From assembly GCF_018350175.1 (NCBI RefSeq), contig NC_058368.1, positions 7,254,001 through 7,318,000 on the forward strand: DNA of 64,000 nucleotides, given 5' to 3'. The notes beneath the pieces are model-generated. The model was not told the origin of the DNA and ran no database searches. It saw only the letters and a program-made list of their open reading frames with translations. Source of the stretch: Felis catus. Lineage: Eukaryota. Positions 27,242 through 39,700 of the stretch are shown piece by piece; position 1 is the first letter of the stretch, and the number at the start of each line of letters is the position of its first letter. The position numbers and the translations under genes are program-made.

Positions 27242-27540
27242 CAGAGCTACCCGACAGAAACAGGGTGTGAGCCACACGGGTCATTTTAAATGTTCTTGTA
27301 GCCACATTAAAAAAAAAAGAAAGAAAGAAAGAACAAGTGAATGAATTATTTTTAATATTCTAGTTAACCCAATATACCCAGAATATTATCACCTTATCTC
27401 AACATGTAAGCAATATAAAAACTAGAGAGATTTCACCTTAGGCAGAGGCTAAATCTTCAGAATCTGGTGTGTGCTTCACATAGCAAATCTCCATTTAGAC
27501 TGGCCACACGTGCTAGTGACCACAGTATCGGACAACATAG
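27242..27540 (-). mobile_element. hAT-Charlie MITE (MER33/MER3-like)
   Basis: Characteristic tagccacattaaaaaa...aacccaatatacccagaatattatc...ctagtgaccacagtatcggacaac; degenerate TIRs. Confidence 0.7.
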
Positions 27541-29992
27541 CCCTACACTCTTCCTCCAAAGCGCTTAGCGTACTTTGTTACCGCAGCGAGCGCCATCACT
27601 TGATGAATGTGCATCTCCTCTGGAAGGTAAGCGACGAGGGAACATTCTTAGCTCAGTGTCAGAGAACTCAGTCGGTGCCAAATAAACACAACTGACTGGG
27701 GGGAGTGGGGGGGGAGGGGTTGTCCGAGAGCCGGTCACCTGCACGGAGAGCCTGGCCTTTCATTGGTGTTACCAGAGCAACTCAGGGAGAGAAGGCAGAG
27801 TTAATGGAACTGGGACATGATCTGGCAGGCACAGCACAAAAACAAGTTCAAGAGAGGCAAAGGCGGCATTGGAAGCATATTCCAGGTGCTTAACAAGGGA
27901 CTCCGAACTGGACAGAGAAGACCTCCAGGCCAACAGATGTTAATACAACGGGGTACGGGAGGTGGGGCGGAACGAAGAGGCTGGCAAGCGGGTCTCTGCG
28001 AAGAGGAAGGGCACTGCAGTATAGAGTGTGGGTGTGAGAAAGCTGGAAGGAGAGGAGAGAAGCTGTGGTCAGAGAACAGGATGTATACACTTAAGATTTC
28101 TAACGTGGCAAGTTTGGAATAATGTTGAAGTACAGAAGTGAAGGTCACTGGCGCGGAGCGAAGGTACTAGAAGTCAAAGGTATCAGACACCCTGCTTGGG
28201 ATGATTAATAACTTGACTGAATGTCTTTTAAGATTTTAAGCTGTACAAGGGCACACATGATCTTCTGTGGCCCATACAGCCCAGTGCTGATCACATCAAG
28301 TATGCTTATCTGAATACAGTCGAAAGTCAAAGTTCAAACGTTAAAATCATGTGAAAGAAAAGTGGCAACGGTCACACAGCGAAGATAAATGTGAAGGACT
28401 CCAATTTATTTGCTCAATAATTATGTAGTTTGACTGAACAGTGTTAAGAACTCTGATGATCCACTAACTTTTTAGATTGGTAGCCAAACTCCCAATTTGG
28501 AGGTACAAGAGGGTGGCGGAAAGGATATAAATTATTTCCCAGACTTACTTTTGTCTATAAAACAAAGTAATAGCCAACTGAGCCTTTAGAAGCTTTATTG
28601 TAGCCACTTTATTGTAGTGACTTTATTTTATGTGAGATATAGGTCCTCATAACTTGGATATACACATTTTTTACAATGGTTCCTGTTATACACTTGCCCT
28701 ATTAGGGCAATTTGTTATTTTAAAAGAACTCTAAGAGGAAAAATTAAAACCTCATTTGTTTTACATATGGAAGTTGGTATGCTTTTTAAGTGGACACAGG
28801 ATTGTTTATTGTATTTTACATATACTAAACAAATATATATACTACATATACACTTGTATATATATTGCATATCATTTTTACTTGCCTAGTGCCTATCTTC
28901 AGCATTTTTTTTTCTCTTTCTTGTTTCTCCTACCCCAATTTTGAAAAAAAAATTTTTTCCCACACATAACTTCTCCACTGAGGGATTCTGTTTGTCAGAA
29001 ATAATAGTCCTAAATCTTGAGGCTGGAAAGATAAAGGTGTAAGCTATGCTTAAACCCTCTCTGCCCACAAGACTCTTATCTTTTCAGCTTTTCTAATTAA
29101 GACTTCCGGAGTTCTGCTAACAACCAAGAGAGGACACAGTTATGACACAGCTATTTCGGCTCAACTCCGAACCAAGCAATAAGCCTGCAAAAGTCCGTCC
29201 CTCCCTCCCACACTTCACAACTAATCAAAGTAAAATGTGAAAAAGGACTCATGTCAATAATTACAGCAGTAGGTACTAAAATCGCTGAATGAGAAGAGCC
29301 ATACATTCTGTTAAGAGCTGCCCCGTCTTCCCGTGGGTACATGAACCGCTTCAAGCTTCCTTGCTGGCTCAACTCCCTCTTTTGTTTTCCTTCTGACCAA
29401 TGATTGTTCCAAAGGTTCAGAGAAATCTGTGAGCCAAGACATTTCAAAGCCAACGGATCCATTTCATTCATGCATGCATACATTACTGTTTACGATTCTG
29501 AGCGCTTAGGAACTGCTCAATAAGCAAAACAGACGGGATCCTTGCTCATCTGAAGCATACTTTCTAAAGAACAGAACCTACAACGCCTGCCTCTTTAAAA
29601 GCATACTAACTCGGTGACAATTATTGTGATGTATATCATGAGCACTTGCTTTTTAAAAAATTTCCCTCAATAAATTTTTGTTAGACTAATACACAAAACA
29701 GTCATTTCTTTGAATTCCAACCAGTGAAAAAACTTGCATAATCACAGATTTTTCTGCTGTTTTGCACTTTCTGAGGAAAAGAGGCATAGGAGAGGAAAAC
29801 TAAAAGGGATTTTCTTTGTAAATTTCCCAGGCCCTGTAACAGGGTCATTTTAGGCCTAGCAAAATCTTCTACGACCATAATTCAACATTCAATATATACA
29901 TATATGTACATATACACGCATATGTAAAATACATGTATGTGTATATATGTATATTTTGCAAGTCAAATTATACACGCGCACACACACACACA

Positions 29993-30229
29993 TTTTTTTC
30001 TTTTTTTTTTTAATTTTTTTTTTCAACGTTTTTTATTTATTTTTGGGACAGAGAGAGACAGAGCATGAACGGGGGAGGGGCAGAGAGAGAGGGAGACACA
30101 GAATCGGAAACAGGCTCCAGGCTCCGAGCCATCAGCCCAGAGCCTGACGCGGGGCTCGAACTCACAGACCGCAAGATCGTGACCTGGCTGAAGTCGGACG
30201 CTTAACCGACTGCGCCACCCAGGCGCCCC
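29993..30229 (-). mobile_element. Young Can-SINE (SINEC_Fc type)
   Basis: Near-consensus copy; TSD cacacacattttttt. Confidence 0.95.
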
Positions 30230-30527
30230 TCACACACATTTTTTTTCAATCAACACTGCTTCCTGAGTGGAACCTATGAAACAAGTCCTTTGATTCTTCC
30301 AGAAACCTTGTTGGATTTTGATATAGGAAGGTGGGCCTTGAATGAACTTTAGCCCCATAAACAAAGAAAAGTTAAAAGACACTGCATAATAAAAAAGATT
30401 TTAATTTGGGGGGGGGCGATTAGAAAAGAAAGAGGAGGGAGAGAAGGACACAGAGCCAACCAGAGTACAAGAGCCCGGAGTTCCCCTGTGACTGTGGCCA
30501 AAATGCATTTTAAGAATAGAGATGCCT

Positions 30528-30762
30528 GGGGCGCCTGGGTGGCTCAGTGGGTTAAGCGTCTGACGTGACCTCTGGTCAAGATCTCGAGTTTAGTGAGTTT
30601 GAACCCCGTACTGGGCTCCGTGCTGACAGTTCAGAGCCTGGAGCCTGCTTCGGATTGTGTCTGCCTCTCCCCAATTCGCTTGCTAGCTCGCTCTCTCTCT
30701 CTCTCTCTCTCTCACATACACACAAACTGAATAAACATTAAAATAATTAAAAAAAAAAAAAA
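30528..30762 (+). mobile_element. Can-SINE
   Basis: Head, CT tract and A-tail; TSD tagagatgcct. Confidence 0.9.
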
Positions 30763-33139
30763 GGCTAGAGATGCCTAATACACAGTATCCACACTCCCGG
30801 CACCGCCGTGTTATAAATGCCTCCCTTTCCCCCAAATCTTCCAAAAAGCTAACCGCGCCCACAAAGGATTTGTGTCAACTCTTCTTCTTTTCCATTCTTT
30901 CCTAGCTCCTGTCCAGCACATCTATCCAACATCTTCATCACAGACATCTCAACCGTTCATTAGCACCTCACTGGACTGGCCGAAAACTAGCTACCTTCTC
31001 TTCCCCATTTCTCCCAGCAGTTGCTTTTAACTGCTCCCTCTCATATCTCCCAACATTCCACGCGCTCATTCGTGTCGTCATCGCTAAAGGAACAACTAAT
31101 ATTTATTGAGTACTTGTCACATGCTAGGTAGTCTGCCAAGGGCATTACGTGCGTAATTTCACTGGATCCTCAAACGCTACTAGACAGGTACTGTGATCAT
31201 TTCCTCAATGTTAGGAAACCAAAGCTCAGGATGGCAATTCTACAGGGTAAGCAATGGACTTCAACTCCTGCGCCGACTCCACGGCCAGCTTAACCAGTAC
31301 ACTCTAATGACTCAAGTCAAAAGACCTAGGAATCCTCTCTTATTAATCACATCTAGTCACTTACCTAATCCAACCAAATAAACCTCCTCAACACCATGAT
31401 AGCTCTTCCTCTGCTCCACTGCCTTCAGAGAAACAGCTAGCTAGCATCTACCAAATCCTCACTACGTGCCAAGCACTAGTCTAAGTAATATACATGGTTT
31501 TTTTCCCCTTTTATCCCCCAAACCCTATGAAATGAAAAACCTAAAAAAGAAAGGGGTTACGGAGTGAGTGACAGAACCAGATTCAAACCCAGGCAATGCG
31601 AACTGAGAAGCCCTGAGCCCTTAACCCCTAGAGCGTAATGCTTCCCTCTTTGTCTCCCATCTGGACCCCCACCATCCTCCAGACTGCTGCAGATACCTTT
31701 CTGGAATACAAATGTTATCAACACGTTCTCCTACTTAAAATTAGCAGCTTTGTATCACTGAGGGGATCAAGTCCAACTTTCTTAATTTGGCATAGAGAAC
31801 CCTTTATGTCTCTGTTCAAGTCAGTTAGTTCAACAAGTGCCTGAGTGCCTACTGTAATCAAGGCAAAGTGCTGAGTCGTCTGAAAGGAATAATATACCAA
31901 CCCCTGACTACTACCCCAGCCCCAAACGTTGCGTTCCTCAGCCAGAGACTCCCTGTGGATCTCATAAAGCAACACCCTACATGTTAGTCTCTTTGCCTGG
32001 AATGTACCAGGCAAAATTCCTCAGCAACGTAAGGCAGAAGTGTCTAGATGAGGCCTTCCCTAGCAAACCTCAGTCAGAAATGCTCCCTCTTGTAAGTCCC
32101 CACAGCACTGTGTTCACAATATAGTGGAACAGGTATGGATCGACTTCCAAATAAGACCGTGATCACCTTCAGGGAAAGAACTGACCCTTGCCATCAATGT
32201 CTAGCAGGCTGTAGGCACTTCTATCATGTGCTGAACGAATAAAGAATGAAAATGTTCCAACTTGATGAGAAGAGAGGAACAAGACACCGAACTAGGAACC
32301 TCAATACACAAGGGGGCCAAATTAAAAGTAGTGTTATTGTACTTCAGTTCTGATTTGGCCTACATTTTACCCCTCTGGGGAAACCCACATGTGGGACTTC
32401 AAGCTCAAGAGGCAAAACTTTTGTCTTCCAAGGCTCAACAAAGCTTTGACTGGCCAAAACAGATACTAGATCAAAGTCCATTTTCTAAAGGACTGTGAAG
32501 GTGGGAATCAAATCTGTCAAAAGAAAATAAATTGATCTACTGAGATCCAACTTCATCAGCGCTGCGTCACAGTAAGTGCAAGAAAAAAAAAAAAAAAATC
32601 AAAACCTGTCCTGGGACGAAGGCCAATTGACAAGTCCTACCGCTTGCGAGAACGTGAAATTCTTAAAGTGAAGGCAGTCCCCATAAACCGGAGTTCACAA
32701 CTGTCTTCTCCTGCCACTGCTTTACGCTCAACTTCTGGTTTCTGTGATTTAAAGAGAAACATCTATACAGTTAAGCCCATGCCTGAGTGTACCGCAGCTC
32801 CTGGCAGATACGAACGTCTTGATTCCTAATGCTAATTGCAAACTGAAACATCACAAGAAACATTGCGTTCGTCAAAAGTCCTTCGTCTGAAACATATGGC
32901 AGAAAGCTTTGAAAGCGAGTGATGTCTTTCCTGAACGGTGCTTTGTGTGCAACTGCTTCCAAATCGAGATCCACATTTTGAAACTACCCCCTCGGAGACG
33001 TGTGATCTCCCGCCCGCTCCAGCCTCAAGGGAAAGGTGAGAATTCGTAGGCAACAGGCTGGGACGGTGGGTATCTCTCCCTATTCCTTTCCCGGAGAACA
33101 AGATCCAACGCAAGGCAGTTAGTGTCACTCTCATTTACA

Positions 33140-33156
33140 GCGCGCGCGCGCACACG

Positions 33157-33206
<50 letters not shown>
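33140..33206. repeat. (GC)n/(CA)n alternating purine-pyrimidine tract
   Basis: 67 bp of uninterrupted alternation. Confidence 0.95.
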
Positions 33207-33208
<2 letters not shown>

Positions 33209-33577
33209 AAATAAGAAACTCATGCCCACCTCTCCCCTCCTGAAAACCGCAAACGACGCGAGGATCAGCAACACTGCGGCCGGAACCACCAAACGCCAAC
33301 AGCCGGGGGCCTCCCGCCTCTCCCAGGCGCCTGGCCGGCGGCGGGCGCCCGGCGCAGGACAACCCGTCCCTTCCTCCCCGGACGAGCGCGGCCAGCCCCA
33401 CAGCAGGTCCGGGTCCACGTCTCCCGCAGCCCGGGCGAGCCAGGAGCAGAGCCGCGGAGGTCGGCCGCCTCGCCCGGCGCGGCGCTGCCCCGCACCCCGC
33501 CGCCGCCCGCACCTGAGGCGGCTGCCCGGGACCCGCGACAGGGCGCGGGGCCAGGCGGGCAGGGCAAAGTTACTCAC

Positions 33578-33780
33578 TGGGAAAGCGCGGCCGCCCGGGG
33601 CGCGCGCCGGCTCCTGACGCCGCAGCCCAGCGCCAGCTCCGCTCTCCGCGGCCCGCCGAGGGAGCCGGGAGCCAGTCGGCCTCCGCTACGCGGGGAACCG
33701 CCGCCGCCACGGCCGCCACCGCGGATTTCCTGGCAAGAAGCAAACTCTGGCCAAGACTTCACTTCTCAACCGCCCCTGCT
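33578..33780 (-). other. LNX2: Non-coding first exon of the divergent gene (LNX2 by synteny); its intron 1 runs from 33577 past position 1. The 5' end is approximate.
   Basis: Minus-strand donor CCCA|GTGAGTAA at 33577. GC-rich exon with no ATG, and CCAAT/GC boxes just upstream. Gene identity is inferred from the known head-to-head LNX2/POLR1D arrangement in mammals, not from coding sequence. Confidence 0.65.
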
Positions 33781-35236
33781 GCCTTCCCGGGGGCGAGCGC
33801 CGGGGCCGAGCGGCCCAACCCGACACGCGCCTGGGCCAATGGGCGGCAGCGTAGGGCGGGGAGGAGGCGGGCCAGAGAGAAACTCCGCTTATCCCAGAGC
33901 TCGGGGGGCGGGCCAGGCCGGGGCCGTCACTCCCGGGTTAGAGTGAGCCCACTCCGCCCTCGCCGCTGGCCCTCCCCCCACCCGGTCTCGGCTGTCCCCG
34001 CCGCTCGCCTGATTCCCCCGCTGGAGACACGCTCAAGAAGTGCCTCTGCGCTCACCGCGGACCGCCGCGAGGAGAGTGGAACAGCTGGGGGGAGGCAGTG
34101 AGCATCTAGGGGAATCGGGTTGGGGGCAGGAGAACAGGTGGCGCAGGAAAGCAGAAATATAGGTGTGTCGGGGGTGAGAGGACTCTGGGGTAAGGTGGTA
34201 GGGACAGGGGGGCTGACCGGGCCGAGAAAGGCGAGGGGAGTAGGAGATCGAAGAAGGCAGAAGGGTTTTTGGCGAAGAAGAACACCCGCGGAGAAGAGAG
34301 AGAGGAGAGGTACAAAGGAAAAAGGAGGGCGGGGAGCGAGTCTGGGTGGTGAAAGGTTGCCGAGGCGGAGGCAGGAGAGCACCTGGGAACAAAGGTAAGA
34401 GGGAGGTTCTGCAGGTGAAGGAGGTTTATGAAGCTAAAAGGGTAAAAGGAAAAGGAAGTGCAAAGCAAAGGAGGGCGTACGTATTCCAAGTGTAGGAAAG
34501 ATCCTAAGAGAGAAAGGGCGGGGGCAGGGGGGAGAAGAGCAGTTTTCCTTCCAAACTCTCCTCCACGAACGCTTGTCCTTTGACCCATTTGAGGTGTGCA
34601 GCCGCAAGGTCCCGGATGACGCAAACTCGGACTTAAACCCATCCTACTCTGTTGTAAAATTCATCAAGGTGTATCGATCAACTATAGTTTAAACCTGTCA
34701 TCCCACGAACACCACCCCCCTACCCCCTCCTGGCTTGGGGTCCCGCCAGGGAGTAACACGGGTGGAGCAGCAAATCTTAAAGGCCCGATTCCGCCCTAAG
34801 AAGGAAGGTGATTTGGGGGCCGACAGGTAAGGCCCCGCCCCCTTCGCCATCACCTGGGGTAAGGTGCCGAGGGCTGAACCCAAGCGCCCACGGGCGGTTC
34901 TCGGCCTCGAGAGGGGACAGGAGCCCGACCCCACCTCTCCCCGCTGGCTCAGCGGACAGACTAAGCTCCGGGAACTCCAGGTGAGCAACTCGGACCTCGC
35001 CACCGCCCTCCTCGCTCCGGGGGCGGGGCCTGTGGGCGGGGCCTCCGGGCGGAACGTACACGCCCCGCCCAGCGGCTGGGCAGTGCCGCGCCGCTGCGGC
35101 TCCTCCCCCCTCCTTCCGTCTTCGGCTCCTTCCGTCGGTCGTTCCTTCCTTCCTGCTCCGCCTGCACGTTTCGCGATATGGGTTAGAGCCTCCGATCCAG
35201 CAGCACCACCTGAGGATCCCGGAAGCCGCCCCCGCG

Positions 35237-35262
35237 ATGGAAGAAGACCAGGAGTTGGAGAG
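35237..35262 (+). CDS. POLR1D: POLR1D coding exon 1 (MEEDQELE + first 2 nt of R codon), shared by both protein products
   Basis: ATG at 35237 in strong Kozak context (gcgATGg) inside the CpG island. Translates to MEEDQELER, the known mammalian POLR1D N-terminus. Followed by donor AG|GTAACG at 35263 (phase 2). Confidence 0.95.
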
Positions 35263-35989
35263 GTAACGGCCGTGGAGGCGGGTGGGCAGTGGGGGGGGGA
35301 GGCGGGCGGGAGGAGCGGGCCGCGCCCTGCGCCCCGAGCGGGTGGCGGAGGGGCCGGTGGTCGGCCGGGGCCTCCGCCTCCACGGCCCGGCCAGACAGCG
35401 AGCGCCTGGCTGGGAGGACAGGGGAGGGGAGAGAAGTGGGCGCCTGAGCGGGGAGAGGGGGCCCCGACTGGGAAGAGAGGGGAAGACACATGGATGTTTT
35501 GGAGTAGAAACGCTCAGTACCACTAGATGTCCTGGAGGGAGCACAAGTTGTGAGGCCGGACTTAAGTCCCCACATTGCCCCACCCCCAGTTAAAACAGCG
35601 AGAGTAAATAAAGCTAACGTTAGATCGCGCACCAGGCCACTGTTCTCCGAGTGCTGCTATTGGTGCGTTCAGTCAGGCCTAAGCCCCTGTAACTGCGGTC
35701 CAAATTACTCTGTGCGCTCAGTTCTCTTCCTCCCTCCTGCTTGATTTCCATATCCCGGAATTTCCATTCTAGTTAATCTCCTGAAAATGGAAACCAGAGT
35801 GGGGCCTGCACGATGGTAATCTACAGTCTGTTTTTAAAAAGATCTATGTTTTTCCACGCCTTTAAACATTTCTACGCCTTTTCATTCCCTAGCAGAGCCC
35901 ACCCTGTTGTAATCTTATTCCTTTCTTATGACTGTGCCAAAAGGAGATTTTAACAAACATTTGTGTGTTAAGGGGACGCCCCTGTGGCC

Positions 35990-36240
35990 ATGTGGACGGT
36001 CCGAGGGGGTGGGGAAAAAACCGGAGGCAATAATTACATACGTGCTGATAGACTATGTGGAGGCAGGAAAATAAGGGGCTAGTCCTAGCAGTTCTGTGTA
36101 ATTGGAGTGCATTAGAGTATAATGTGTTGCCAGTGTGAGACAGTAAATGCAAAAAAAAAAAAAAAAAGCGAGTTGCAAAACCATATTCAGTATGATCTCA
36201 TTTTTATAAAAAATATGTGTGTAGAAAAATATCTGGATTG
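35990..36240 (+). mobile_element. Probable ancient L1ME-type 3' fragment overlapping the POLR1D exon-2 acceptor
   Basis: aaaaagcgagttgcaaaaccatattcagtatgatctcatttttataaaaaatatgtgtgtagaaaaatatctgga resembles L1ME 3'UTR consensus as I recall it; not verified by alignment. Confidence 0.5.
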
Positions 36241-36600
36241 AAGACCTCAATGGCTGAAGGCGAGAGGAAGACAGCCCTGGAAATGGTCCAGGCAGCTGGA
36301 ACAGATAGACACTGTGTGACATTTGTATTGCACGAGGAGGACCATACCCTAGGAAATTCTCTTCGTTACATGATCATGAAGAACCCGGAAGTGGAGTTTT
36401 GTGGTTACACTACAACCCATCCTTCAGAGAGCAAAATTAATTTACGCATTCAGACTCGAGGTACTCTTCCAGCTGTGGAGCCGTTTCAGAGAGGCTTGAA
36501 TGAGCTCATGAATGTCTGCCAGCATGTGCTTGACAAGTTTGAGGCCAGCATAAAGGAATATAAGGATCAAAAAGCAAGCAGAAAGGAGTCCACATTCTAG
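36225..36600 (+). CDS. POLR1D: POLR1D terminal coding exon: DNA-directed RNA polymerases I and III subunit RPAC2/AC19 (133 aa when joined to exon 1)
   Basis: Acceptor tgtgtAG at 36223-36224. 26+376 nt = 402 nt = 133 codons + TAG. Protein [25 protein letters not shown]...[33 protein letters not shown] contains the RPB11/AC19 (RNA pol L) signature EDHTLGN..R and GY...HP. Confidence 0.97.
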
Positions 36601-36776
36601 TCCCTTACGCACTATACAGGGAGGACTGTCCTCTAGGATATTGTCTTCGTGATCTGGCAAAAAACCCAGAAATAGAAGTTTGTGATCACGACCCGATGTG
36701 TTCTTCAGCAAGGCGTGCTTCTAGCTCTTACCCATTACAGCTGTTGGAATCCCCACAAGAACCTTTGTATTCACCT

Positions 36777-36782
36777 AATAAA
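36777..36782 (+). terminator. Polyadenylation signal for the AC19-encoding short POLR1D transcript
   Basis: AATAAA about 177 nt after the stop codon, followed by a GT-rich downstream element (gagtggtttctgttgcttcgt). Confidence 0.7.
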
Positions 36783-39700
36783 TTCCCTCTTTCATTTAAA
36801 CTAATTTGAGTGGTTTCTGTTGCTTCGTCTGGAAGATTGGCTCTTCCAGGGTTGTTTGTTTTTCTTTTAATTGAGTCAGCAGTGAAAGTAAGCTATGAGA
36901 AAATTACAGGCCTTGAAAGGACTTTGATCAAGGGAATTCAAAAGAATATGCAATATGCATTCATGGCTGTGATTGGGGGAGAAGGAGAGATGCGATGGAG
37001 CCTGACCCCAGCTAGACTGTGATTGGTTTAAAAAAAAAAAAAAGGTGGAAATGGGAAGAGGGTTTAGCTTCTTGTTGGATACTTTTTAGTAACTCATGGG
37101 AGAATTGCATTCTTTGCTATGACTGAGGTCGGGCAAGGGGCAAGGGTGGGGAATAATTTGAAAGAATTGTGAGAATTATGGTTTCACAGGGAGGTTAGGT
37201 AGGATCTAGCACCATCTCTGTGGCAGCATTTATAGGATAGATACCAGTTTACCGCTTTAATTTCAGGACACTAATAAAATATTTTGTCGGAAATGATCTA
37301 AGGAGGTCAAGAGAGTTCATACTATAAAAGGAGGAAACTGGAGTGACCAGATAACATTTTCAGTCCTTAGGTGGGTATCTAGGTATAGCCCAGGGTTACA
37401 TTAAGGATGGGGAGAAGGAAATTCCATGTTGGGAAAATGATTTTTTTTTTAACTTAAAATATTAGCGAACCGCTTCTAAGCTGTCCTGTTAACCTCATCA
37501 ACCTCGTCTCATACCTGTCCTGCCCCACCTTGACTCTTCATTCACCCTAAATCTCTGTCAGCCTTTGAACCTGAGCACCCCACCCCCAGCACTCTTTGCT
37601 TTGGGGCCTTTGTTTTTGCTGTTCTGTCTTCCTGGAACACTTTTACCCTGCCGTACTCTAGGAGAGAACTTAACATGTCCGACTCCGTACCCTAGTTTGG
37701 GTAGTTGTGTGTGTTTCCATTATACTCTTGGGTTTCCCGGTCTCGGATTTACTAGGCTGTTGTTAGCGCTTCTGCTGTCTGCCCACCGTACTGGCTTGCA
37801 GCACCATGCCTGATAAACAATTAGACATTCCTAATTTCTAATCTCGGTAAGGAAGTCAGGGAAGCTCCTCCAGAGATTACAGGAAGAGGAGGGGCTAGCT
37901 GCAAAAACGAGAGAATGCATTCTGGTGGAATAGCTGTGCATAGGTCCTGAAGCAGAAAGCCGGTGGTCTGAGGAATTAAAAGTATTGAAAGATTTGCTTC
38001 TCTGTAGCATAGTAAGCAAGGAGGAGAAAGAAGGGCCTATGCTATGGATTTGGTAGGAAGGAGAGCTGGGGTGGTAAGGGGTTTGGATTTTAAGTACAAT
38101 GGGAGTGACATCTGAATACTTTGATGACTGTAGAGGAGTGAGTTGTAGAGAGGCCAGAGTAGAAGCGGAGAAGCTGTTAAGAGAGTCATTGGCCTGGAAG
38201 GGCAGCAAGCTAGCAATGGACAAGAGAGGGTTGATTTGAAATACACTGTAGAACTGAACCTCAGGAATCGGATGTGGAAGGGGAGAAAACATGACCTCCG
38301 TCTAAGTTTGGGGCCAAATTATTGAAATGGGAAGCTTAAGGGGAGACATAGGTTGGAAAGTGGAAAAGGTAACTGGAATCAAAAATTCCATTGTGAACGT
38401 GGTAGACGGTAGATATGTGAGTTGGAGGCCCTGAAAGATATTTACGCTAGAGACTTTGTGAGTTCTTCAGATCATGCCACCAGGGTTGTGGGATCGAGCC
38501 CTGCGTTGGACTCTGTGCTGAGCGTGGAGCCCGCTTAGGATTCTCCCTCTCTCTTTCCCTCCCTTCCTCCCTCCCTCCCTCTCTCTCTGACTCACTCAAA
38601 TTTTACAAAAGTGATAAAAATGATGTATGTATGTATTTCTATGGAGAAACTGGAGTCTGATAAAAGAAGTGGGCCCAAGACCAAGCTCTGGGCAAGCTCA
38701 GTACTAAAGATTGGGTATAAAAGTAGCAGCCAGTGAGGTATAGAGAGTAGAGTCGTGGAAGCCAGTGCTTTCAAAGAGGGAAAAAAATGGCATTGAATGA
38801 GTCACATGAGGACAGAAAAGTGCTGATTGACATTAACAGGTTGTTGGGCACTAGGCGTATTCGTTTAGTGCCTAACAGGGCTAAACATTAGCACTCACTA
38901 TATAGGAAAAGGACTTAGTTTGGGTTTTCCAATCAAGCAAGTACACCGTAGTGCACTGATGAGCTGAATGTTACTGGGAGCAGGGATGAGGGAAGGTCAA
39001 AGTCATAGGGCCAGGATAGTGTTCTCCTAGAGTGATCCAGAAGAGATTCTGGAAAGCCAATGTCACTGCAAGGAAATTAGCCCTTGAAGATGTAGGGAAC
39101 GTCTAAAAGGATAGTTGAGAATCAAAAACGTTTGCCTCTGAGTATTCCTATGGGGATGGGAAACAGGGTTATTTAACTGAAGTGTAATACCTCTGAACCA
39201 AGACCTCCAGGAGATGAAAGCAAGGCTTAATTAGTGGACATAGAGGTGTAGGATGATGATCATAGACTGAAGTAATTAATAGCAGTACATGTGGGAAATG
39301 CACTCACGTGACTACCTCCATATCACGTGGCTTCGTTGCTCCGAAGATTTATCATCACTGATCTTGCGACTTGCGGTCTTGAATCTGCTTAGAGTGGCCG
39401 TAAATGCACAGGTTGATGCAGAACAGCTTTAGAAAGGAAGATGGGTGGAAGGAAAAGACCGAGGGCAGGACTGGAGGGGTAACCAAGAGTCGGGTATGAG
39501 TGGGAACAATCTGCATAAACTCTGTGGCATCTGACAGAAGATTGAGTTGGTCCTTAAAAGGGTAAGGGAGATAAACAGGAGTCAAATATATTTATGTATG
39601 AACTGTGAAAAAATAACTTGATCCGTACCTCTGATTTGCTAATAGCTTTTCACTGAAACGAATATTAATGATTTAAAATCAGAAATCTCGTTCAGCTGTA

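Larger units (their letters stand above)
33130..35700. promoter_or_regulatory. CpG island / bidirectional promoter region
   Basis: Very high GC and CpG density. CCAAT at 33836-33840. GC boxes (GGGCGG) at about 33841, 33854, 33906, 35021 and 35034. ETS-type CTTCCG/CCGGAAG motifs at about 35113-35225. Confidence 0.9.

Noticed and set aside
33131..35632. Long overlapping ORFs (up to 268 aa) on both strands
   Set aside because: Low-complexity Pro/Arg/Gly translations expected from stop-poor CpG-island DNA; no recognisable domain.
36217..36224. GTG start of the 127-aa ORF in the supplied track
   Set aside because: It lies in the intron and acceptor; the real N-terminus comes from exon 1 at 35237.
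38888..38908. gcactcactatatagg resembling a T7 promoter (vector contamination)
   Set aside because: Only a partial match, no other vector sequence nearby; consistent with chance.
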